A stretch of 64,000 bases of DNA from a virus. Taxonomy: Duplodnaviria > Caudoviricetes. How positions within the stretch are numbered: position 1 is the first letter of the stretch; every line of letters begins with the position of its first letter. Below the pieces are notes generated by a model. That model was not told the DNA's origin, searched no databases, and saw only the letters and a list, made by a program, of their open reading frames with translations. The translations under genes and the position numbers were made by a program. Below are positions 29,534 to 39,233 of this stretch, piece after piece. The DNA lies in the IMG/VR virus record IMGVR_UViG_3300025876_001969, positions 1,458 through 65,457 of that record; one strand, 5' to 3'.

Positions 29534-30325
29534 ATGAAGATAATAAAACCACTAATAGGCGGCCACGATGGATCATCATTCAGGGAACTGCTTGACGCAT
29601 GGGAGGAAAAAGGTTTTTGCGATATTGAAAATGGGCCAACTCATAGGTCTCCTGGATTCCAATCAGATCCAGATTCTCCAGAGGCAAAGTGCTGGGTAGA
29701 ACAACAAGGAGGTGTATTATTATATGATTTTCCCCTCCTAGATAGATTAAAGCATGATTACGATATGTGTCTTTTTTCAAATACATTTAAAAATGGGACT
29801 GGAAATAAAAAGTGGATCTTCTGGCCTTGGCGATCAAAAACTTATGAAGCATTAAAGAACGAATTACGCTTAAGTTATGAATCTAGAATGATAAATATAG
29901 GCTTTATTGGTACGCCTACCAATCATGAAAGGCACAAACTTTCTTTTGAGTGGTCAAAACATTGCGATTTATTCCATTATGAAACCAGAAAAGTAGATCA
30001 TATAGATTACCTTAGATCTCTTTCTCGCATGAAATATGGATTATGCTTAAGGGGGGTCGGGCCAAAATGCCTTAGAGATATAGAATTAATGGGAATGGGG
30101 ACGGTTCCTATTTTTACCGAAGGGGTGTGTGCTGATTATCCAGAACCTTTAATTGAAAACGTTCATTATGTTTGCGGCAAGAACTTGCAAATATCTCTTG
30201 AGAAAATCAAATCTACAACAAAGAAACAATGGGTGCGCATGTCTAATAATTGCATAGATTGGTTTGAAAGAAATTGCTCGATTGAAGGATCTTTTAATAA
30301 AACTTTATCTATAATCAATGAATAG
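29534..30325 (+). CDS. exostosin/GT47-like glycosyltransferase
   Basis: 'YLRSLSRMKYGLCLRGVGPKCLRDIELMGMGTVPI'. Confidence 0.65.
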   Translation: MKIIKPLIGGHDGSSFRELLDAWEEKGFCDIENGPTHRSPGFQSDPDSPEAKCWVEQQGGVLLYDFPLLDRLKHDYDMCLFSNTFKNGTGNKKWIFWPWRSKTYEALKNELRLSYESRMINIGFIGTPTNHERHKLSFEWSKHCDLFHYETRKVDHIDYLRSLSRMKYGLCLRGVGPKCLRDIELMGMGTVPIFTEGVCADYPEPLIENVHYVCGKNLQISLEKIKSTTKKQWVRMSNNCIDWFERNCSIEGSFNKTLSIINE

Positions 30326-30488
30326 TCTCGAAATTTCAATGTCTCACTTAGATGGGGACCCATCTATTTTACCATTTTCTCACATAACCAATCAGAGACG
30401 CTGGTACAAAACAATACTTGAAAAATACGAAATAATAAAGACAATAGATAAAGGACAAATGCTAGCGGTCTTAAAAAAGAATACATAG
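30318..30488 (+). CDS. small hypothetical protein (56 aa), below the ORF-track cutoff
   Basis: MNSLEISMSHLDGDPSILPFSHITNQRRWYKTILEKYEIIKTIDKGQMLAVLKKNT. Overlaps the upstream stop and fills the gap. Confidence 0.45.
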   Translation: MNSLEISMSHLDGDPSILPFSHITNQRRWYKTILEKYEIIKTIDKGQMLAVLKKNT

Positions 30489-30532
30489 AAATCATTATTG
30501 ATCAACAATTTCACAAAGCCACAATGCACTAA

Positions 30533-31564
30533 ATGAAAAAAATAATTATAACAGGAGTAACCGGTCAAGACGGAAGTCACATGGTCGACTATTTATTAAA
30601 GAACACTGATCATAAAATTTATGGCTCGGTACGCAGGTTGAGCGTTAAAAACCACGAGAATATCCTGCATCTAGAAGGCAATCCTAGATTCGAGTTAATC
30701 AACATGGATTTAAATGATGCGCACAGTATTCGGGACGTAATACTAGATATTAAGCCAGATTATTTTATTAATTTTGCAGCTCAATCTTTTGTGGCTGGAA
30801 GCTGGGATTATCCAATCCAGACATGGGATACTGACGCTGACGCGGTTCTACATATCATGGAATCGATAAGAAGATTTGCTCCGGAATGTAGATTTTATAA
30901 TGCTGGATCATCTGAAGAATTCGGAGATGTGGTGTGCGTTCCTCAAGATGAGAATCACCCACTGAGACCACAATCTCCCTATGGTGCTGCTAAGTGCGCA
31001 GCTAGGCATATTGTCAGGGTCTACAGGGAGTCCTACAATTTATATGCAGTACAGGGTTGGCTATTTAATCATGAAGGTACTCGGCGAGGTCTTGATTTTG
31101 TAACCAGAAAAATTAGCCACAGTATAGCGAAAATTAAAATTGCCTTAGAAGATGGAAGAGATATACCTATTCTTCAATTAGGAAACCTTGATGCTAAGAG
31201 AGACTGGAGTGATGCCGAAGATTTCATGTCTGGCGTATGGATCATGCTCAATCAAGACAAGCCTAAGAATTACGTATTGGGTAGCGGGGAAATGCACACC
31301 GTAAGAGAATTCCTAACCAAGACTTTAGAGTTCGCAGAAATAGATTTCTACTCTGAGGGTCAAGATGATAATGAAAAATTTTACACAAAAAAAGGCAAAT
31401 TATTCTTTGAGGTTAGTCCCAAATACTATAGGCCAGCTGAAGTCCACAAGCTTTGCGGAGACTGCTCTCTTGCTGAAAAGGAACTTGGTTGGGTCAGGAA
31501 GGTAGACTTTTTTGGGCTCGTTTCTAAGATGTACCATAACGATTATTCGTTATTATCTAAGTGA
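30533..31564 (+). CDS. gmd: GDP-mannose 4,6-dehydratase
   Basis: 'ITGVTGQDGS', 'AAQSFV', 'SSEEFG', 'PQSPYGAAK', 'FNHE', 'FVTRKI', 'LGNLDAKRDW', 'YRPAEV'. Confidence 0.95.
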   Translation: MKKIIITGVTGQDGSHMVDYLLKNTDHKIYGSVRRLSVKNHENILHLEGNPRFELINMDLNDAHSIRDVILDIKPDYFINFAAQSFVAGSWDYPIQTWDTDADAVLHIMESIRRFAPECRFYNAGSSEEFGDVVCVPQDENHPLRPQSPYGAAKCAARHIVRVYRESYNLYAVQGWLFNHEGTRRGLDFVTRKISHSIAKIKIALEDGRDIPILQLGNLDAKRDWSDAEDFMSGVWIMLNQDKPKNYVLGSGEMHTVREFLTKTLEFAEIDFYSEGQDDNEKFYTKKGKLFFEVSPKYYRPAEVHKLCGDCSLAEKELGWVRKVDFFGLVSKMYHNDYSLLSK

Positions 31565-32526
31565 AGCAAGAAAAAATATTCATAGCTGGCCATCGAGGAA
31601 TGGTCGGCTCTTCTATACTTGAGAAGCTTGAGTCCCTAAACTATTCTAATATCATAACTAGGACTAGGCAGGAAATGAACCTCATGAACAAACATAAGGT
31701 CATGGACTTCTTTAGTGATGAAAAAATTGACACGGTAATTCTTTGTGCAGCTAAAGTTGGTGGAATTCTAGCCAACAATACATACAGAGCAGACTTCCTT
31801 TATGATAATTTACAGATTTCATCAACAATAATAAAGGCTGCGCAAAAATTTGGAGTCAAGAAGTTAATCAACTTAGGTTCTTCATGCATATATCCAAAGC
31901 ATGCAGACATACCAATCAAGGAAGAATACTTACTTACCGGCCCGCTTGAACATACTAACGAGCCTTACGCTATAGCTAAAATAGCCGCGCTCAAAATGTG
32001 CGAAAGCTTTTACGATCAATATGGTTGCAACTTTTACTCGGTAATGCCGTGCAACCTATATGGCCCTAGGGATAATTTTGATCTTAAGAGTTCGCACGTC
32101 TTACCTGCCTTAATAAACAAAATACATTGCGCAAAAGAAAAAGGTGACAGATCAATAGAAGTATGGGGGTCTGGAAAACCTATGCGTGAATTTTTATATG
32201 TAGAAGATCTGGCCGATGGAGTTATTCATTGCATGGAAAACATAAATGCAAAAGACATATATAGCGACGGCATTTCCCATATAAATTGTGGCTCAGAGCA
32301 TGAAGTTAGTATATTAGAATTAGTGCATTTAATTAAAGACGCAGTTGGTTATGACGGAAAAATAGTATTTGACAGCTCCAAGCCAGACGGAACTTTTAGA
32401 AAAAAAATGGATAACACAAGAATCAAATCAAAAGGGTTCTCGCCGAAAGTCGCACTAAAGGACGGGATAGTTAAAACATACAAATGGTATCTTAAAAATT
32501 TAAATATTGACTGTGATCAAGTGTAA
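31561..32526 (+). CDS. fcl: GDP-L-fucose synthase
   Basis: 'IAGHRGMVGS', 'AAKVGGILAN', 'LGSSCIYPK', 'TNEPYAIAK', 'SHVLPAL'. GTG start. Confidence 0.95.
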   Translation: MKQEKIFIAGHRGMVGSSILEKLESLNYSNIITRTRQEMNLMNKHKVMDFFSDEKIDTVILCAAKVGGILANNTYRADFLYDNLQISSTIIKAAQKFGVKKLINLGSSCIYPKHADIPIKEEYLLTGPLEHTNEPYAIAKIAALKMCESFYDQYGCNFYSVMPCNLYGPRDNFDLKSSHVLPALINKIHCAKEKGDRSIEVWGSGKPMREFLYVEDLADGVIHCMENINAKDIYSDGISHINCGSEHEVSILELVHLIKDAVGYDGKIVFDSSKPDGTFRKKMDNTRIKSKGFSPKVALKDGIVKTYKWYLKNLNIDCDQV

Positions 32527-32530
32527 CACT
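32520..32530 (+). promoter_or_regulatory. representative GTGTA(A/T) putative phage late promoter (other copies at 10757, 34466, 37357, 40353, 43466, 51125, 61755, 62405)
   Basis: The motif recurs in nearly every short + strand intergenic gap, mostly 14-17 nt before a start codon. Confidence 0.65.
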
Positions 32531-32534
32531 AATT

Positions 32535-33446
32535 ATGTCAAAGAAAAAATGTTTAGTTACAGGTGGCGCCGGGTTTATTGGCGGTCATCTTGTTGAAAGA
32601 TTACTTAAAGCCGGACACGATGTCGTCGTAGTTGATGATGAATCCTCCACTGCAAATTCTAATTTTACATGGAGAGATGATTGCGAAAACCACAAAGTAG
32701 ATATTTGCGATTTCGAGAAACTCAATCCACTCTTCAAGGGTGTTGACTTAGTTTTTCATTTAGCCGCCAGGTCCAGGATACAAATTTGCGTACAGGATCC
32801 AGCTGATGCTGTCAAGAACAACTCACTAGGAACTTGCAACGTTCTTCAGGCCGCGCGATTAAATAACTGCAAAAAAGTAATGTTCGCAGGGACATCCTCT
32901 TGCTATGGACTTAAAAATCCAATTCCCTTAAAGGAGGATATGCCGAATGATTGCTTGAACCCATATTCTGTAAGCAAGTCTAATTGTGAAGAGCTTTGCA
33001 AAATGTATACAAAACTTTTTGGCCTAGAAACTGTTCTATTTAGATTCTTTAACGTCTACGGGGAGCGTCAGCCTTTAGCTGGAGATTACGCGCCAGTTGT
33101 CGGCCTATTCTTTAGGCAAAAAGAATCAGGCGAAGCAATGACTGTTGTTGGAGATGGCCTTCAAACCAGAGACTACACTCACGTTAAAGACATAGTCGAG
33201 GCAATGTTTCTTGCTGGAGAGTCGGATGATAAGAAAATCGTAGGAGAGCTTTTTAATCTCGGAACTAGCACAAATCATTCAGTCTTAGATTTGGTTAAAT
33301 TAACTGGAGGTGAACACGTTCATATCCCAGCAAGACCAGGAGAGTCAAGGGAAACTCTTGCGGACAACACTAAGGCTAAAACTATGCTTGGATGGAACCC
33401 ATCCCGCAAAATAGAAGATTGGATTGAAAAGAACAGACCAAATTAA
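32535..33446 (+). CDS. NAD-dependent NDP-sugar epimerase/dehydratase
   Basis: 'VTGGAGFIG', 'PYSVSK', 'RFFNVYG', 'GDGLQTRDY'. Confidence 0.9.
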   Translation: MSKKKCLVTGGAGFIGGHLVERLLKAGHDVVVVDDESSTANSNFTWRDDCENHKVDICDFEKLNPLFKGVDLVFHLAARSRIQICVQDPADAVKNNSLGTCNVLQAARLNNCKKVMFAGTSSCYGLKNPIPLKEDMPNDCLNPYSVSKSNCEELCKMYTKLFGLETVLFRFFNVYGERQPLAGDYAPVVGLFFRQKESGEAMTVVGDGLQTRDYTHVKDIVEAMFLAGESDDKKIVGELFNLGTSTNHSVLDLVKLTGGEHVHIPARPGESRETLADNTKAKTMLGWNPSRKIEDWIEKNRPN

Positions 33447-34281
33447 AATCGGAGTTATAGGGAATGGCTTCGTTGGTTCCGCAGTTGCCAACGGATTTTC
33501 GTCTGAGGAAGTAAAGGTATATGATAAAAATCCAGACTCGTCAACTCACCCACTTAGAGATGTAATACTTCAGGATTTTGTTTTCATATGCGTCCCAACG
33601 CCAATGAGGGATGTTATGGGAGATGACTGCAATCTATCAATTATAGAGTCCTGCTTTAGCGAAATTAAATCCATCGGATCGAACGCCACCTTCATAATAA
33701 AATCAACGGTTCCAATTGGGACAACCGAAAGCCTACAGGAAGCGCATCCGGAATTACATATCATCCATTCCCCAGAATTTCTTACCGCTAAATTCGCAAA
33801 AGAAGATTTCATTAATGCAGATAGGCACATAATAGGCTATACCAAATACCAGCACGTCGCACAGGAAGCTGCCAGCTTATTTAAATACAATTTTCCTGAT
33901 GTGCCATGTCTTATAATGAAAAGCGTTGAGTCTGAATCTGTAAAGTATATCGCTAATTGTTTCTTTGCTACCAAGGTTAGTTTTTTCAATGAGATACACT
34001 TGCTGATTGATAAACTTGGATTAGATTGGAACTCTATTATTAATGGAGTTATTAGTGACAAAAGAATAGGTGAGTCCCACTATCAAGTTCCCGGTCACGA
34101 CGGAGACAAAGGTTTTGGTGGCACATGCTTCCCAAAAGACATTAATGCATTAATATCCACCTTTGAGAAAAATGGGCTAGATGCGAAACTTTTAAAATCA
34201 GCATGGTCAGTTAATCTAGACGTAAGGAAAGACCTGGACTGGGCAAACTCAACTTCTGCCGTAGACAATAGCGATTCATAA
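33424..34281 (+). CDS. UDP-glucose/GDP-mannose dehydrogenase family protein (short form)
   Basis: 'IGNGFVG', 'CVPTP', 'IKSTVP', 'SPEFL', 'GFGGTCFPKD'. Lacks the C-terminal domain. Confidence 0.9.
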   Translation: MKRTDQIKIGVIGNGFVGSAVANGFSSEEVKVYDKNPDSSTHPLRDVILQDFVFICVPTPMRDVMGDDCNLSIIESCFSEIKSIGSNATFIIKSTVPIGTTESLQEAHPELHIIHSPEFLTAKFAKEDFINADRHIIGYTKYQHVAQEAASLFKYNFPDVPCLIMKSVESESVKYIANCFFATKVSFFNEIHLLIDKLGLDWNSIINGVISDKRIGESHYQVPGHDGDKGFGGTCFPKDINALISTFEKNGLDAKLLKSAWSVNLDVRKDLDWANSTSAVDNSDS

Positions 34282-34283
34282 AT

Positions 34284-34367
34284 TTAACAATAAGCACACT
34301 AGGGATTCTGTCTATCATCTTGTTTGTTTAAGATTCTCATATTCATCCTTGGTTCTCTTATTGTTAA
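34284..34367 (+). ncRNA. structured element copy 1 (unknown family)
   Basis: 11-bp and 9-bp outer stems enclose a 10x10 loop and inner hairpin. The 44-nt core (34304-34347) is 37/44 identical to 40268-40311. Confidence 0.55.
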
Positions 34368-34387
34368 TAAATTATTTTCGTTTTTAC

Positions 34388-34416
34388 TTGATCTACACGT
34401 TTTTTTATGTTAGTAT
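34388..34416 (+). promoter_or_regulatory. sigma70-type promoter of nrdA
   Basis: TTGATC-N17-TAGTAT with TGn. Confidence 0.65.
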
Positions 34417-34481
34417 GCTTTCTTTAACAAAACTTACATTTTTTATAAAACAACACAACCCCTTAGTGTAAAAACAATTTC

Positions 34482-36950
34482 ATGAATATTAAAGTTAAGA
34501 AAAGAAACGGCCGCCTAGAAGAATTTGAAGTAGATAAAATAAACGCAAGCGCATTAAGAGCGTGCAGTGACATAGACAACGTTTCTCCAAGCGAAATAGT
34601 TCTAGATGCCCAATTACAGTTATTCGACAAAATAACTACTATCGAAATAGACAAAGCTTTAGTTTTATCTGCTAGGGAAAAAATAGAAAAAGAGCCAAAC
34701 TACTCTTACGCTGCTGCAGGGTTACTATTAAACTGCTTATACAAAGAAGTATTCAAAGAAGGGGTCGACTCAGAAGCTTTTGAATTGCAGTACAGAAAAA
34801 GCTTCATACAGAACATTAAAAAATTAGTAAAGCAAGAGATGCTGGACGAAAGATTACTTGGCTTTGATTTCACCAAACTCTCAGAGGCGCTAAAGATAGA
34901 CAGGGACAAGAAGTTTAAATACCTAGGAATCCAGATACTATTTGATCGTTACTTCATAAGAAGTGAAAAGAAAATAATGGAAACTCCTCAAGCTTTTTGG
35001 ATGAGAGTTGCAATGGGTCTAGCTATTAACGAAGAAGATAAAAACGAAAAAGCAATAGAGTTTTACAATCTGTTTAGTCAATTTTTATACACAGCTTCTA
35101 CCCCCACACTATTCAATAGTGGCACAACCCACTCGCAACTTAGCTCTTGCTATCTCAATACTTTTGATGATAGTATTGATGGCATATTTGATGGAGCTTG
35201 GCAGGAAGCTAGAAAATCTAAGTTTGCGGGTGGTCTAGGTTTTGATGTAACTCCATTTAGGTCTTCAGGCTCCCACATCAAGGGAACAAATGGAACTTCT
35301 GGAGGCTTAATTCCATGGTTGAAAATTTACAACGACTTGCTGGTTGCTGTAAACCAAGGTGGAAAGCGTCCAGGAGCAGGTTGTGCATACCTAGAGCCTT
35401 GGCATTTAGACTTTGAGGATTTCTTAAACTTAAGAAGAAATACTGGTGACGATAGACTCAGATGTCACGATATGAATACCGCCTCATGGATCCCAGATAT
35501 CTTCATGAGAAAAGTTGAAGCTAATGAGGATTGGTACTTCTTCGACCCGAACGAAAAGCTCACTGATAGCGATGTAAGCCTACACGATTCCTTTGGTAAA
35601 GATTTTGACAATAGATATCAAGCAATGTGTCAATCAGCAGAAGACGGAAATGTTAAAAACTTTAGAAAAACTCCAGCAAAAGAGTTGTGGAAAAAAATGC
35701 TCAAGGTATTATTTGAGACATCACATCCTTGGTGCACATTCAAAGATCCGTGTAATATAAGATACACTAATCAGCACGAAGGAGTTGTCCATAGTAGTAA
35801 TCTATGTACAGAAATAACACTCCACACTAAAGCCTCTAAATATAAATCCGGCGAGAAGACTGAAATTGGCGAGACTGCTGTATGCAACCTAGGATCAATA
35901 AATCTACTGAACCATGTGGAGGAGAAGTCCACGCACGGTAAGTCTGGTTATTTCATTAATTACGATAAACTAAAATCAACAATACACACGGCCGTAAGAA
36001 TGCTTGATAATGTTATTGATATCAACTTTTATCCAACAAAAGAAGCCGCTAACTCAAATCTAAAAAATCGCCCTATAGGGCTAGGTATGATGGCGATACA
36101 CGACGTGCTTCATAAATTAAATATTAATATTGATAGCGATGAATCTATTAAATTCAACGATGAATTGTTTGAGTTTTATTCCTGCCAGTCTATATATGCT
36201 AGCTCCATACTAGCTAAGGAAAGAGGATCCTATGAAACTTATGAAGGCTCATTATGGAGTCAAAACATTTTTCCAATTGATTCCTACAATAACCTAATGT
36301 CCTACAAGGGTCAAGCTCCACTTGGTAATGGTGAAACCAAGAAAGACGAGTGGGAAATCTCAAGGCAACATGTTTCTGAATTCGGTATGAGAAACTCTAA
36401 TGTTATGGCTATTGCGCCAACTGCAACCATAGGTTATATTAACGGAGTAGAGCAAAGCATTGAGCCCAACTTTTCCGTACTCTTTGTTTATGAAAATAAA
36501 AGCGGCAACTTCTTTATTACCAACCAGCATTTTATTGATGACATGAAAAACGAAGGCTTATGGAGCCCAGAGGTGGCAAAGCTAGTCAAGGATGTTGACG
36601 GAGATCTTTCTTTACTTGATGGCGATATCCCACAGTGGATAAAGGAAAAATACAAAACCGCCTTTGACAGGGATATGTTCAAGTTAATAGAATGCAATGC
36701 AGCTAGGCAAAAATGGCTCGACCAAGCGATTAGCTTTAATTTATACAACAAGTCAACATCCTTGAAGTACTTAAACGACATTTATATGGAGTGCTGGAAA
36801 TTAGGACTAAAGACAACGTATTATTTAAGGAATAGGGCCGCCAGTAAGGTGGAGAAGTCAACCTCCGAAGAGTCAAATTCTTCTAGCTCTCAAACTTCCT
36901 GCAGTATTGAAGCAATGAAGAATGGTGGAGAATGTGAAAGCTGCCAATAG
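34482..36950 (+). CDS. nrdA: ribonucleotide reductase class I alpha subunit with ATP cone
   Basis: 'VKKRNG', 'TPTLFNSG..QLSSC', 'NQGGKRPGA', 'SNLCTEI', 'VCNLGS', 'APTAT', 'KTTYYLR', C-terminal 'CESCQ'. Confidence 0.97.
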   Translation: MNIKVKKRNGRLEEFEVDKINASALRACSDIDNVSPSEIVLDAQLQLFDKITTIEIDKALVLSAREKIEKEPNYSYAAAGLLLNCLYKEVFKEGVDSEAFELQYRKSFIQNIKKLVKQEMLDERLLGFDFTKLSEALKIDRDKKFKYLGIQILFDRYFIRSEKKIMETPQAFWMRVAMGLAINEEDKNEKAIEFYNLFSQFLYTASTPTLFNSGTTHSQLSSCYLNTFDDSIDGIFDGAWQEARKSKFAGGLGFDVTPFRSSGSHIKGTNGTSGGLIPWLKIYNDLLVAVNQGGKRPGAGCAYLEPWHLDFEDFLNLRRNTGDDRLRCHDMNTASWIPDIFMRKVEANEDWYFFDPNEKLTDSDVSLHDSFGKDFDNRYQAMCQSAEDGNVKNFRKTPAKELWKKMLKVLFETSHPWCTFKDPCNIRYTNQHEGVVHSSNLCTEITLHTKASKYKSGEKTEIGETAVCNLGSINLLNHVEEKSTHGKSGYFINYDKLKSTIHTAVRMLDNVIDINFYPTKEAANSNLKNRPIGLGMMAIHDVLHKLNINIDSDESIKFNDELFEFYSCQSIYASSILAKERGSYETYEGSLWSQNIFPIDSYNNLMSYKGQAPLGNGETKKDEWEISRQHVSEFGMRNSNVMAIAPTATIGYINGVEQSIEPNFSVLFVYENKSGNFFITNQHFIDDMKNEGLWSPEVAKLVKDVDGDLSLLDGDIPQWIKEKYKTAFDRDMFKLIECNAARQKWLDQAISFNLYNKSTSLKYLNDIYMECWKLGLKTTYYLRNRAASKVEKSTSEESNSSSSQTSCSIEAMKNGGECESCQ

Positions 36951-37344
36951 AAGAGCTTCTGGGGTTGCTGTACTATTTGAAAATTCAGTACTATTAGCGA
37001 AGAGATCAGAGAAGTGCCACGTTACCGGAAGGTCATATCCTTACGGAGGTTACTGGTCTGTTTTCGGTGGATCAATAGACGAAGGCGAAACTCCAATTGA
37101 ATGCGCCGGAAGAGAATTATTAGAAGAGTCTAAAATATTTGCAGACTTTAAATTTATTGAGTTTATCGATGTGATAAGAGATGAATCTTGCGATTTCTAC
37201 TTTCACATATATAGATCCAACAAGATAGTGATTCCAGAGCTTTGCCAAGAACACACCGAGTTTGGTTGGTTTAAAATCAACGAGCTGGTTCACTTCCAAG
37301 ACTTGATAGACTACAACATAGTTAGGCTGCTAGATAGTATATAA
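36922..37344 (+). CDS. NUDIX hydrolase
   Basis: Nudix box 'GGSIDEGETPIECAGRELLEES'. Confidence 0.9.
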   Translation: MVENVKAANRRASGVAVLFENSVLLAKRSEKCHVTGRSYPYGGYWSVFGGSIDEGETPIECAGRELLEESKIFADFKFIEFIDVIRDESCDFYFHIYRSNKIVIPELCQEHTEFGWFKINELVHFQDLIDYNIVRLLDSI

Positions 37345-37370
37345 TTACAATTTCATGTGTATTTATATAC

Positions 37371-38516
37371 ATGAGTAAAAAACTAATACAATCAATAATT
37401 TCCGTATTACTAGACAATCCAGTATCCAAATACGTCAAAAAAAATAAATTTTCAGAAAAAAAATTAAATGTTTCCGAGCATCCTGCCGATAAAAGAGATT
37501 GGGTTCACGTCTCTCAGTATTTAAAATCTGAAAGTATTAGCAGTAAGGAATTCTCCAGAAGATCACTATGCGTAAGCGTCGCTAACCAAGGGTCAATAGG
37601 TTCATGCGTGGGTCACAGCGGAAGGGTTGTTCTTGGTTCGGCTAGTGCGTTTAAGGCTGAAGAGCCAAGCCCTATGTGGATATACAAGACTGCTAAAAAA
37701 TACGACCCATGGGCTGGCGAAGATTACTCAGGAACATCGATCAGGGGGGCTGCTAACGCATTAATAAACGAAGGTTGCTGCTTTGAAAGCTTTTGGCCAT
37801 ATATAGATAGCGAATCCAGCAGCCCTAAAGAAGGGGCAAAAGAAGACGCTGGACTAAAGAAGATTAGCTCCTACCACGTTATACCCTGCTCCGAAACAGA
37901 AGAGATCAAAAGGATGGTGATTGACCGGCCACTTTGGTATGCATTCAAGGTTAGGGATTACTTTTTCTCTATTGGATATGACGGCATTGTTGACACAGAA
38001 AAATACTTAGCATCAGAGGTTGCTGGCGGCCACGCAGTATGTCTTATCGGATGGAAGTATATAAACGACAAGCTTTATTGGGAATTTCAAAACAGTTGGG
38101 GTTTATTTTTTGGAAACTCTGGCTACTTTTTTATGGAGGATTCCTTATTTAGGTCTTCTATCATGAACTCTATTGGCCCCTACTATGTAGAGCTTTCGGA
38201 TGGGTTTGTTAATCCAAAACCAATTGACCCCGATCCAGAACCTATCGAACCAGATCCAGAACCTATCGAACCAGAACCAGAACCTATCGAACCAGAACCA
38301 GAACCCATCAAACCAGAACCTAAGAAAAGCAAAAACATACCATTGATAATTTGCGCAATAATTGTGATTCTAGCATTAATTATATTTTCCAGCTCCTCTG
38401 ACCCCGAAGCATTACCAATGAACTGGGATGAAAAATTAGAAAAAGAGTTTAAAGAGAAAGGCATAGATAGAGACTCATACTTGCGCGATTTTAAGAAAAA
38501 ACAGCAAGCAGAGTAA
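37371..38516 (+). CDS. papain-like (C1A) cysteine peptidase with Pro/Glu linker and C-terminal TM helix
   Basis: 'NQGSIGSC', 'GGHAVCLIGW', 'QNSWG..G.SGYF', (PEPIEPx)n, 'IPLIICAIIVILALIIF'. Confidence 0.9.
   Translation: MSKKLIQSIISVLLDNPVSKYVKKNKFSEKKLNVSEHPADKRDWVHVSQYLKSESISSKEFSRRSLCVSVANQGSIGSCVGHSGRVVLGSASAFKAEEPSPMWIYKTAKKYDPWAGEDYSGTSIRGAANALINEGCCFESFWPYIDSESSSPKEGAKEDAGLKKISSYHVIPCSETEEIKRMVIDRPLWYAFKVRDYFFSIGYDGIVDTEKYLASEVAGGHAVCLIGWKYINDKLYWEFQNSWGLFFGNSGYFFMEDSLFRSSIMNSIGPYYVELSDGFVNPKPIDPDPEPIEPDPEPIEPEPEPIEPEPEPIKPEPKKSKNIPLIICAIIVILALIIFSSSSDPEALPMNWDEKLEKEFKEKGIDRDSYLRDFKKKQQAE
38214..38321 (+). repeat. 21-nt coding tandem repeat (PEPIEP[D/E])
   Basis: CCAGAACCTATCGAACCAGAW about x4 from 38235, plus one degenerate upstream unit. 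Confidence 0.9.
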
Positions 38517-38833
38517 TGAATCTGATCATAGACTCAACCCTATCCGAACCTCCCAGCGAGATATCCTGCTTCAGGGACGTAACTATGTATAGTAAAGTGT
38601 TTCATTTTGAAAACGTACTACTTTCCTGCAAGATGGGCACAAGATCTATGTACTGGAACTGGTTAAAGAATAACGGCGCTCATGATTTCATCTCTTATGT
38701 TCTCCACGAGGGAGAGTTGGAATCTGGCGCATTAATGCATCCAGAAAAAGGAGATATAGTCGTAGATAGAATAAACGCGCTCAACTTAAACTACATAATA
38801 ACCAGGCTCAAAAGAATATCAGAAAATCTATAA
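38516..38833 (+). CDS. hypothetical protein
   Basis: 105 aa, TAATG-coupled to the upstream gene. Confidence 0.6.
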   Translation: MNLIIDSTLSEPPSEISCFRDVTMYSKVFHFENVLLSCKMGTRSMYWNWLKNNGAHDFISYVLHEGELESGALMHPEKGDIVVDRINALNLNYIITRLKRISENL

Positions 38834-39157
38834 ATGAAAAAATATATATTAATTTTAATCATTCCCTTCTTGCTTAATTGTTCTACATTTAAAAAAAGTA
38901 AAAACACCAATAACTCAACAAGTATACAACAAGTTATACCAAGTATTAATGATTTCAATAAAGCTGATATAAATAAAGACCAAGTTATAGATAAAAATGA
39001 ATCAATTAAATTTTTTAATAAAAACAATTCAATAGACTACAATACTCCTTTTGCAGTTTTCTCTATACTGTCGACCATTGTTATGGTTATTTGTTTTTGG
39101 CCGATAGTTTATTCTTATTTATCGTCTTTAATTAAAAGATTCAAGAATCGTTCTTGA
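38834..39157 (+). CDS. putative lipoprotein with EF-hand-like loop and C-terminal TM helix
   Basis: 'MKKYILILIIPFLLNC', 'DINKDQVIDKNE', 'FAVFSILSTIVMVICFWPIVY'. Confidence 0.65.
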   Translation: MKKYILILIIPFLLNCSTFKKSKNTNNSTSIQQVIPSINDFNKADINKDQVIDKNESIKFFNKNNSIDYNTPFAVFSILSTIVMVICFWPIVYSYLSSLIKRFKNRS

Positions 39158-39165
39158 TTTTTTAC

Positions 39166-39194
39166 TTGACCTTTCTTGTTTTTTATTGTATAGT
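39166..39194 (+). promoter_or_regulatory. sigma70-type promoter of nrdB
   Basis: TTGACC-N17-TATAGT. Confidence 0.7.
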
Positions 39195-39233
39195 TATGTG
39201 ATCTAATTATTAATCGCATTCGTTATACTATAC

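Noticed and set aside
34299-34346. 15-aa minus-strand peptide (MNMRILNKQDDRQNP) in element copy 1
   Set aside because: The start and frame are not preserved in copy 2, so the conservation is structural rather than coding.
34450-34470. Possible NrdR box upstream of nrdA (ACACAACCCCTTAGTGT)
   Set aside because: Spacing is 17 rather than 16 nt and the centre does not match. Better explained as the GTGTA motif.
38214-38321. Tandem repeats as a CRISPR array (also 52462-52521)
   Set aside because: No spacers. They are in-frame Pro/Glu linkers.
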